From assembly GCA_018303285.1 (NCBI GenBank), contig JAGVYL010000019.1, forward strand, positions 1-51,423: 51,423 nucleotides of DNA, in the 5' to 3' direction. Source of the stretch: Candidatus Woesearchaeota archaeon (GTDB lineage: Archaea > Nanobdellota > Nanobdellia > Woesearchaeales > GW2011-AR9). Positions 19,872 through 28,059 of the stretch are shown one piece after another; position 1 is the stretch's first letter; each line of letters starts with the position of its first letter. The notes under the pieces were generated by a model that saw nothing but the letters and a program-made list of their open reading frames with translations, ran no database searches and had not been told where the DNA came from. The translations under genes and the position numbers were made by a program.

Positions 19872-21233
19872 TCAATTGCCCCATGCCGCAGCCACTAATC
19901 TGGCCATTTTGCTGCGTTCAGTAACCTTCAATGGCACATAAGTAAAGATATCAGAAAGGAGTTCTTCCGAAATTCGTTCTCCGGAAGCTCTGCGTTTGGA
20001 TTCCTCCAAAGAATAAGAGATCAATCGTTTAGTGCCATTGACTAACCCGTTCCGTGTTTCATCAAGAGACGGTTCATCCACCTGATACGGATCCCCTGTC
20101 ACGATTATCTTGCATCCTTCCCTCGGCCGAGTAAGAACCGTCTGCAGTTCATGAGGGGTGAGATTCTGCGCTTCATCAACAATAAAGTAAGTACGAGGAA
20201 TGCTCCTTCCGCGCATAAACGTCACCGGCTGAAAATCTATAATCTTTAGATCCAACAATTCTCGTACTCTCCGCTGAGCTTTATCTGGCTGTTTGATTTC
20301 CTTTTCCGTTGCTGCAGATAAAGCATCAAAGATAGCTTCATAATACGGCAGTATCTTCTCTTCAGCTTCTCCTGGAAGAAAACCTATATCTCTTCCTACC
20401 GGGACCATCGGCCGCACCACAATCACATGATCATACTCCTGGCGGTCAATCGTTTGATAAAGGCCGGCTGCTAATGCAAGAAGAGTTTTCCCCGTGCCTG
20501 CTTTGCCTAGCACCGAAACTAGTTGGATAGACTTATCTAAACAGGCATCCAGCAAAAATGCTTGCTGCGGATTTTTTGCATGAATCCCGTGTGCGGAAAT
20601 CTTCTTATCCAAAAGATTCAATTTCCCGTGTTGATATTTGACTAAACTTGGCTCCTTTACAGAAGGTTCGCCATCCACTCGCACTAAAAGATATTGATTC
20701 TCTATCAAATCCTGATTAACATAAGGTAAGCATTTATTTTGGTACAGTTCCCCGATTTCCTCCTCTCTGAGAGAGATTCCTTCGCTCCTGCCAAGAAGGC
20801 CTTCCAAGCTGATTCCTTTTTTATCTGTCAAAAAATCCTGATTGTTTACTTTTTCCGCTTCTGCAAGAATCTGCATCACTTGATCATTTGTAACTAAGAT
20901 GACTTCTTCTGAATTAGAGGAATAGTTCTTGGCAAAATCTATTAAAGCTTGGTCAGTTTCTTTCTCTGCCCCGGAATATTTTACGATTGATAATCTTCCC
21001 CCCTGCTCATTTAGGGGCATATTTTCTATCTGGCGGCCGTTCTCTCCCCGCAATTTCTGCAGTTCTCGGATTACTGCCCGGGCATTTGCTCCCACCTCAT
21101 CGCTTCGGGATTTTTTATTGTCTAACTCCCGAATTACAGGAATAGGAATGATTACATCATTATCTTCAAAAGAATATATCGCTTTAGGATCATAAAGCAG
21201 AACATTAGTATCTAAGATGAATGTTTTTTTCAT
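19872..21233 (-). CDS. PIN-domain + PhoH-like ATPase (PhoH2/YlaK type)
   Basis: FILDTNVLL PIN start; GKAGTGKT Walker A; IGFLPG, FMRGRS, IVDEAQN, TGDPYQVD. Confidence 0.92.
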   Translation of the reverse strand: MKKTFILDTNVLLYDPKAIYSFEDNDVIIPIPVIRELDNKKSRSDEVGANARAVIRELQKLRGENGRQIENMPLNEQGGRLSIVKYSGAEKETDQALIDFAKNYSSNSEEVILVTNDQVMQILAEAEKVNNQDFLTDKKGISLEGLLGRSEGISLREEEIGELYQNKCLPYVNQDLIENQYLLVRVDGEPSVKEPSLVKYQHGKLNLLDKKISAHGIHAKNPQQAFLLDACLDKSIQLVSVLGKAGTGKTLLALAAGLYQTIDRQEYDHVIVVRPMVPVGRDIGFLPGEAEEKILPYYEAIFDALSAATEKEIKQPDKAQRRVRELLDLKIIDFQPVTFMRGRSIPRTYFIVDEAQNLTPHELQTVLTRPREGCKIIVTGDPYQVDEPSLDETRNGLVNGTKRLISYSLEESKRRASGERISEELLSDIFTYVPLKVTERSKMARLVAAAWGN

Positions 21234-21238
21234 CTTTC

Positions 21239-21820
21239 TTAAACCATTTCTTTTAGAAATTTTAAGATTTCTTCATATTCTTTATAAGGAATTGTCCCGT
21301 GGGGAATTTCTTGATTTCTGTTGACAAATGCTTTTGCTCCCCATTTTAACGCTCTTCCCACTGCTAAAGTCCTTTCTTTTTTTACTAACTGATGGACTAG
21401 ACCTTCGATAGTATCTTGTTTATATCCTCCGTCTGCAGAATCAATTATCAACGGATTATACCTAACAGAAATCTCGCTTTCAGGAAGCGGCTCCCCTCGT
21501 TTTTCTGTTTCTCCTGCAATCCAGGCAATTGCATCACCAAAACCCAATCTGCACTTTTCCTGGAATCTTCGCTCTGCATCCCGGATTACATTAAAAGGGA
21601 TATACTCTCTGCGATATTTCTCTCCCACGCGATAAAGGTAGTTGGGAGAATCTCTCCCTTCAATCCCCAGAACGATACAAGAATAAATCTCTCCTACCAC
21701 GTTGTCACTTAAAGAAGCCAGATGTTTGCTTTGTAGAATAGCATCTAAATCTCTTTCTTTAAATCTTCTTTCGTTTATCTGATACATCAGAAAAAACAAT
21801 AAAACGGCGTATATAATCAT
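21239..21820 (-). CDS. Hypothetical protein (start may be ATG ~21786)
   Basis: ORF ending 5 nt before the PIN-PhoH start, same strand. Confidence 0.6.
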   Translation of the reverse strand: MIIYAVLLFFLMYQINERRFKERDLDAILQSKHLASLSDNVVGEIYSCIVLGIEGRDSPNYLYRVGEKYRREYIPFNVIRDAERRFQEKCRLGFGDAIAWIAGETEKRGEPLPESEISVRYNPLIIDSADGGYKQDTIEGLVHQLVKKERTLAVGRALKWGAKAFVNRNQEIPHGTIPYKEYEEILKFLKEMV

Positions 21821-21967
21821 TTCTCTTCTTTAAAATACGGAAAGCGACCATTATTTCGCAAGCAGTATATCCTCGAATGATAATCTCTTCTCACAACTTC
21901 TAAAAAAAGCAAAGGGTTATAAATCCCCGGCAGTTGCTTCTCGTATCAAATCAATGGAGGAAAAAAA

Positions 21968-22099
21968 ATGCGCGGAAAATCTGTTCGTTTCTTAGAAAGT
22001 TTAGGGGTAATGGAGTGCAAGATCTGCGGCCAAAAGTTTTCTTCTAAAGAATCCGTAGAGCGGGCACAATGCCCCAAAGGCTGCAAGCTGCCGAGATAA
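21968..22099 (+). CDS. Small zinc-finger protein (43 aa)
   Basis: Manual translation MRGKSVRFLESLGVMECKICGQKFSSKESVERAQCPKGCKLPR*; GGAGG SD and TTATAAA box upstream. Confidence 0.65.
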   Translation: MRGKSVRFLESLGVMECKICGQKFSSKESVERAQCPKGCKLPR

Positions 22100-22139
22100 G
22101 ATTAAATGAACAATATACAAAACATTGACATAAAAAATG

Positions 22140-22272
22140 TCCCCCCTCCCGGACTCGAACCGGGGATTCCTCGGTGACTATTGGCTGACTGAGTTTCATT
22201 CAGAGCATTTGTGCTTCGTCCCTCAGCGCATAAAGCTACAGCCGAGTGTTCTAGCCACTAAACTAAGAAGGA
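22140..22272 (-). tRNA. tRNA-Tyr(GTA) with 60-nt intron at 37/38 (22176-22235)
   Basis: Minus strand: CTCGG-CT-GTA-G[intron]A-CCGAG; T arm CCCGG-TTCGAGT-CCGGG; CTGT/ATAG central helix of a relaxed BHB; acceptor has three G-U pairs. Confidence 0.88.
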
Positions 22273-22361
22273 CAAATTATTTGGTTTATTTATAAAAATT
22301 GAGTAAAAATCTTTTAAATAACCCTCTTTCCAACTACAAGTAGGGGTGATGGGGGAATATC

Positions 22362-25046
22362 ATGAGTATAGAAAACACCCTAATTTATCAGATTAAAGGA
22401 ATATTTTTAGCTAACAGCTCCAAAAAAACTGAGCAGAATAATATTGAAAAAATTTTCACCCCGGAAAGAAGCCGAGACACTGCCTTTGCCAGCCGCCTAA
22501 AACTCTTTTGGACCAGATTTATCGCCACTAATCAACCACCAACTCTTTCCAACTTTAGTCAGTACCTCCAACGCTTTGAAGTAGAAAACCGCTATGACTC
22601 GAAATATTGGTGGGAAGAACTAGCTCCCGGAAGAAGTTCTCAATGCGATGCCTGCGGAGCGCATATCTCTCGTAGATTAATCACTCTCTCCAATGATTCC
22701 CAGCTCATCCGTTTAGGAGACACTTGTGAACACCACTTAAAACAAGATTTCTCTCTCTTCGATTTAGACTTAGAATACAAGACTCATGCCAAAGAGAAAA
22801 AAAGAAAAACTAAAATGGCCGCCCAACTGGAAGAGCTGGTTCAAGCTCTGCCCGGATATCTCGCTTCTCAGCCAGAAAGATTTCTCAATGCGATTCGTTC
22901 TTCATTACGAGAAGAAATGAAACAAGAATACCGGGAAAAACTAGAAGGCCGTTTGCAAAACTTAGATTATTATCTTCAAAACCATTGGGTCAGCCAAGAT
23001 AACCTAACCAGAAAGCTCTTGTCCGAAATGCAGCCGGACGTCAACTTCCTTAACACTTTGCTGGCTAATCCTCATCTTTCTGACGAAGACAAACTTGCCG
23101 CCCGCAAATTGTGCGGTTCTCTTTCCGAATTGACTGCAGAAGAAGCAAACAAAATCTTCCAGCAGGTGCTCTGCTATAAATACATCAACCTGCCCATGAC
23201 CCTTAATGAAGTTGTTTCTGATATCAAATATCTGCACAAAAAGGGAAAGATTGCAGAAGAGAATTATCGGCGTATCAGTCCTCTGCTTGATTTAGAAGAA
23301 GTGCTGGTGATAGAAGCATTAACTATCGCCCATGCAGTACCTAATCTTTACCAGTTAAGAACTAAAGAAAATGAATCTTTTCTTGCTCAGTACTCCGAAT
23401 TCGCTCATTCCCAAAACTTTAGCCATTTATTAGACTGGTACCATGAGTTTATTATCGAAGGTAATACTAAGGTCGTTAAACCTCAAAAAGAAATTCGTGC
23501 AGCTTTGGAAAGTAAAAACCGCCCTCTTTCCGACAAAGAGCTAAAAATACTAAAACGCTGTTATGAAATCTCTTCGAACAGTTCTCCTTCATTAGAAGCT
23601 CTTCTCCGCGAGATTCCTATCGAAGAATTTCAAGAGATAACCAAAACAGCAGTTGTCATTTCCCGAAAGGCTGCCGTTGCTCAGAATGGATTAATCTTAA
23701 AAGGAAATTATCTTCCGGTAGAAGACTTGCCCCAGGCTCTTGTTTCCCAGCTCAGCTATGATACCCAGGAAACAGCAGAAAGAATCATTGACCGCTGGCT
23801 TCATTCTAGTTATTCTGAAGAGGGTTATCAAAAAGCCCGGAAAGAAAGCCAAACTGCTATCTCCGCCGGCCTTTTTCCTAACAATAAAGAATTTTTAGCT
23901 AGAGTAGCTAAAGCTCACGCGAAAATAAAAAATTATTCTTCAATTGAAGAATATTCTCAGCAAGGAAAAGATATTTCTGCTGTACTCTCGTTTATTGAAG
24001 AAGTAGAAACTGCGGGCTTAGCTCTGCCATACCACCGGTTTTCATTTCAAAATAGCTTCTTTCATCCAAAAACAATCGCATATATAGAACAGAGAGAAGC
24101 TATTTACCGGCAGAGTTTAGGAAAATTTTCTGTGGAAGAAATAAACCAGAAAATCTCTTTCCTTCAGGAGAGAGAGATTATTTCTCATCCTTCTGATTCT
24201 TTTCCCATCAGGAAATACCCTTCGGTTCATCTTTCTTTAGAAGATCCTTCTCAAAAAGTTTTTGAACGCGACAAAGCAGCCCCCTCGGATTTTTTTAAGA
24301 AAATCATCAGTTCTCAAAAGTTAGAAGAGATGTTAAAAAGAATAAATGAAGAATTTATAGAACTCACTCCAGAAAAAAAGAAGCAGTTAGAACGAACCTT
24401 ATCTTCCAAAGACAGATTTTTAGTTAAAGCTCTTTATCATAAAGAAATCTGCTTAGAAAAAGAGCCGACTAAGGAACAGGTATACTTCTCTCCGGCCGCA
24501 TGGGAAGAAATTGAAGCATATAATGCTCATCTGGACAATATCGCCGGATATGGCCGCTCCCTCAGCAAACTTTTCAGCGAAGGAGACACCCGCATCATGC
24601 TTTACTGCTTAGCAGAAAATCTTCCCTTACAGGTGGACTATACCGAGAGCACCCCTCTTTCTCGAGTGCCTACCCTTATCTCATCCGAGGATTGGCTTAT
24701 CCACCAGTATCAATTAGCAAAATATAATTCAGAAAATAAAAAGGAGTGCCGTTTCCGCTTAAGACCATTTGATTTTTCTCCGTTAATTGAATCCGGAAAA
24801 GAATTTCATCAGGACGGGAAAAAAGCCAAAGTGACTTTAGTCAATCGCTATTCGCCAGAGAGACACCACATCGGCCAGCGATTCGGAGAAGTGGTGGCTG
24901 CTTTGCCTGAGTTTCGTACTGACAAAGACAGCCATTGGCTTATCACCTCCCGCATCGATTACAAAGACATCAACGGCCTCCTCTGGAAAATATACCAGTT
25001 AAACCGAAAGGGAGGCATTGATTTGGCCGTAGAGTTAAGAGAGTAG
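22362..25046 (+). CDS. Large hypothetical protein with N-terminal putative Zn site
   Basis: 894-aa ORF; CDACG...LGDTCEHH; mostly helical; GGTGA/GGGGG SD. Confidence 0.7.
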   Translation: MSIENTLIYQIKGIFLANSSKKTEQNNIEKIFTPERSRDTAFASRLKLFWTRFIATNQPPTLSNFSQYLQRFEVENRYDSKYWWEELAPGRSSQCDACGAHISRRLITLSNDSQLIRLGDTCEHHLKQDFSLFDLDLEYKTHAKEKKRKTKMAAQLEELVQALPGYLASQPERFLNAIRSSLREEMKQEYREKLEGRLQNLDYYLQNHWVSQDNLTRKLLSEMQPDVNFLNTLLANPHLSDEDKLAARKLCGSLSELTAEEANKIFQQVLCYKYINLPMTLNEVVSDIKYLHKKGKIAEENYRRISPLLDLEEVLVIEALTIAHAVPNLYQLRTKENESFLAQYSEFAHSQNFSHLLDWYHEFIIEGNTKVVKPQKEIRAALESKNRPLSDKELKILKRCYEISSNSSPSLEALLREIPIEEFQEITKTAVVISRKAAVAQNGLILKGNYLPVEDLPQALVSQLSYDTQETAERIIDRWLHSSYSEEGYQKARKESQTAISAGLFPNNKEFLARVAKAHAKIKNYSSIEEYSQQGKDISAVLSFIEEVETAGLALPYHRFSFQNSFFHPKTIAYIEQREAIYRQSLGKFSVEEINQKISFLQEREIISHPSDSFPIRKYPSVHLSLEDPSQKVFERDKAAPSDFFKKIISSQKLEEMLKRINEEFIELTPEKKKQLERTLSSKDRFLVKALYHKEICLEKEPTKEQVYFSPAAWEEIEAYNAHLDNIAGYGRSLSKLFSEGDTRIMLYCLAENLPLQVDYTESTPLSRVPTLISSEDWLIHQYQLAKYNSENKKECRFRLRPFDFSPLIESGKEFHQDGKKAKVTLVNRYSPERHHIGQRFGEVVAALPEFRTDKDSHWLITSRIDYKDINGLLWKIYQLNRKGGIDLAVELRE

Positions 25047-25109
25047 TTCTCTGATTGCATAGAAATCCTAAGAAACTTTTTAAATCACCTTTAAAGCAGA
25101 AAGAATATT

Positions 25110-25202
25110 GCTCCGGTGGTCTAGCTCGGCCAAGGACACAGCCCTTTCAAAGATAAGAACTAGAGAAAGGCTGTAACCCGGGTTCAAATCCCGGCCGGAG
25201 TA
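25110..25202 (+). tRNA. tRNA-Glu(TTC) with 18-nt intron at 37/38 (25150-25167)
   Basis: GCTCCGG/CCGGAGT acceptor; CAGCC-CT-TTC-A[intron]A-GGCTG; BHB with CTTT/AGAG helix; CCGGG-TTCAAAT-CCCGG. Confidence 0.95.
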
Positions 25203-25204
25203 TT

Positions 25205-25362
25205 GAACAAAGTGAGATAATCCGGCAGGGTTCCGGAACTTCAGAACTTGCGTTCTGAGAGTGCTCGGAAATGTTTCATTTCCGACACAGCAGTGACGAT
25301 ACCCCAAGCGAACGAAGTGAGTGGGGTTCCGGAACGAAGTGACGATACCCGGCCGGAGTATT
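25205..25362. repeat. Palindrome-rich insert ending in a 15-bp duplication of the tRNA-Glu 3' end
   Basis: CCCGGCCGGAGTATT at 25190-25204 and 25348-25362; GGGTTCCGGAAC x2, AGTGACGATACCC x2, GAACRAAGTGA x3; several hairpins. Confidence 0.8.
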
Positions 25363-25364
25363 AA

Positions 25365-25739
25365 TTAAATCCCAAATTTCCAGCTAAGATAAGCACTATG
25401 TACTTCTTCCTTCTGTGCAAGAAAATATAATCGTGTTAGTTCTTCATCACTTAGTGGAACTTTTTTAGCTGATTCAAACCTGCTATCGGATTTAAAGCGT
25501 CTGTTCTGATATACATACAATTGACCATTGACTACCTTAATTGGTGCATCATTTGGAATCGGCTCTTCATTTTTCTGTCTTAAATCACTGGCTAATTTGT
25601 TTAATACTTCCTCTAAACTGTTAAAACTGCTGGCTTCAGCCAAGACTTTATCATTTTTAAATAAAGTAACATATTTTTTGTTATTTTGCGGATAAATCCC
25701 TACAGATAACAGATATCCAACATTTGTTTTTAAGTTCAT
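25365..25739 (-). CDS. Hypothetical protein
   Basis: 124-aa ORF downstream of EF-2 with a GGGG SD-like sequence. Confidence 0.55.
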   Translation of the reverse strand: MNLKTNVGYLLSVGIYPQNNKKYVTLFKNDKVLAEASSFNSLEEVLNKLASDLRQKNEEPIPNDAPIKVVNGQLYVYQNRRFKSDSRFESAKKVPLSDEELTRLYFLAQKEEVHSAYLSWKFGI

Positions 25740-25782
25740 TTTTTCCCCAGCTCCGCTATCACCAACTAAAAAGAGTAGTGCC

Positions 25783-27965
25783 TTACGCCCCGACCATCGC
25801 GTCAGTCAGTTTCTTCCTCGTCTTGATTTCCTGCACCACTCGGGTTTGCAGTTCGAAAGGCAGCTTTTCGAAGCTTTGGTCGACCAGTGAAGAAACTCCT
25901 CGGCCTTCTGTTGCGCTTCTTAATTCAGAACTCCACCCCAGCATATTCATTACCGGCATCTTTGCTTTGATAGCCACCTGATGCTCTTCTTGTATCAAAT
26001 CAAGCAATTGACCTCTCATGCTGGTCACTAATTTAGTCAATGTTCCAGTATATTCTGAAGGAGCTTCAATTAACATTACCTGCAACGGTTCGTATAAGAC
26101 TGCTCCACCAGTCATCATTGCCCCCCGAATACCTTCACGGATAGCGGGATAGACCTGAGCCGGACCTCGATGGATTGCATCTTCATGCAGTTTCATATCT
26201 ACCAGATTAACTTTTACTTTGATGCAGGGTTCTCTTACTAAAGGACCATGGCGCATTACTTCTTCAAACATGTCCAAGATTAATTCTATCACTTCGTGCA
26301 TATAGACTTGGCCTTTAGTTTTATCCAAAAACAGATTGCCTTGATAGATATCCTTCACTTGATCTGCTTCTTTAGAATCCATTCCTACTGCCATCAAGGA
26401 TTCTCTTAATTCCAAATTTTTCTTTTTTGTTTTACCTTCTTGGATTTTTCCTTCTTTGATAGCGGTAGAAATCTCTTCAGAAAGCGGCTCCACAGTAAAA
26501 TAAAATTTGTTATGCTTATTGGGAGTCTTTCCTTCTACCTCTTGAGAAAGTTTGGTAAGTGTTTCTCTAAAGACTACAATCGGCTGAGAAGTTTCTACCT
26601 CTACTCCTTTTTCGGTCTTAATTCTATTTTCAATGATTTCCAGATGAAGTTCTCCCATTCCGGACATTAAATTTTCCCCGGTTTCTTCATTTATTTCAAT
26701 TTTAATAGAAGGATCTTCTCGTCCTACTTTTCGCAGTACTTCAATCAGCTTAGGCAGATCCATCTGCTTCTTCGGCTTGATGGCTTTAGTGATAACCGGC
26801 TCAAAGATATGTTTTAACTCTTCAAAGGCCTCTTCCGGCTCGACAGTTACAGTCTCTCCGGCATTGCCTACCACTCCGGAAATAGCTAAAATGTTTCCTG
26901 CCGGCAGACTGTCTACTAATTCTGGCTTGATTCCGTGATAAATGTAAACGTTTTGGATTCTTTGTCTTACTTTGGCATTATTCAGATAAACTTCCATTCC
27001 GCTGCGGATTGTGCCAGAAAACAAACGTCCGGCAGAGATATCTTTTCCGCTGCGCGGGTCAACTACAATTCTGGTGATGACAAAAGCTAATTTTCCGTCA
27101 GGATTAGTAGTCAATAAATCTTTGCCGAATTCGCTTTCCATATCTCCGTGCCAGATGCGGGGGATGCGATATTTTTGGGCATCGACAGGATCAGGATGAT
27201 GTTTGATGACCATATCTAACATTACTTCATAGAGCGGAGCATTTTCCCAGACCCATTTCTTTCTCTCTTCTTCTTCCAGTTCATAAATATGAAGAATATC
27301 CTTGAATCCAATACCTTTTTTCTGCATAAAAGAAAGAGACAATGCCCAGTTCTCTCTTGCAGAGCCAAACGCCACGCTTCCGTCTTGGATGCTTACTTTC
27401 CATTTCTCTGCAAACTGCGGCTCGGCAATTCGTTCTATCAATTTATTAAAATCCATGATTAACTTGATGAATCTTTCTTGAATCTTTTCAGGAGATAGTT
27501 TTAACTCTTTCACTAAACGGTCTACTTTATTGATAAAAAGAACTGGTTTGACTCTCTCTCGAAGAGCCTGCTTGACTACCGTCTTCCCTCTACTGCGCAG
27601 ATAAGGACAACTGTTCCGTCTACTGCTCTCATTGCTCGAGTGACATTGCCTCCAAAATCAACGTGCCCAGGAGTATCAATCAGATTAATGAGGTATTCTT
27701 CACCATGGTAAATGTGAACCATAGAAACATTGGCTGCATCCACCGTCATCAGTCTTTCCTGCTCATCCAAGTGCTGCCAAGTAGCCATACCTTCTTCCAA
27801 ATCTCCTGCGGACTTAGAGGACATCAAACCGGCTGCAGCTAGCAAATTATCTGTTAAAGCAGTCTTTCCATGATGAATATGGGCAGAGGTGCAGATATTC
27901 CTGATGAACTTGGGATTCTTGGTGATTCTGGCCACCTTCTCAATCATTGTTCCAGCTGATGCCAT
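25783..27965 (-). CDS. fusA: Elongation factor EF-2, split by a frameshifting deletion near 27585
   Basis: N-part: [26 protein letters not shown]; second frame resumes [22 protein letters not shown] and includes MGELHLE and diphthamide loop [12 protein letters not shown]. Confidence 0.95.
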
Positions 27966-28059
27966 TTTTCTTTATTTTTTTACGTGTTTTATAAAGGTTT
28001 TTTAGTTTTTATGGGACAACACCAAAAAAGATTTAAAATAGTTCCTTTCTTTAGAATAA

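Noticed and set aside
22176..22235. Hammerhead ribozyme or C/D box guide in the tRNA-Tyr intron
   Set aside because: CTGA and GAAA are present, but the CUGANGA core, three-stem topology and an RUGAUGA box are not satisfied
25080..25307. 75-aa minus-strand ORF
   Set aside because: Antisense to tRNA-Glu and the repeat insert
25205..25362. Possible mini CRISPR array
   Set aside because: Repeats are only 11-13 bp, irregularly spaced and nested; no cas genes in the window
27514..27600. Programmed frameshift, intein or intron in EF-2
   Set aside because: Conserved codons are missing rather than extra; no slippery site or BHB can restore them
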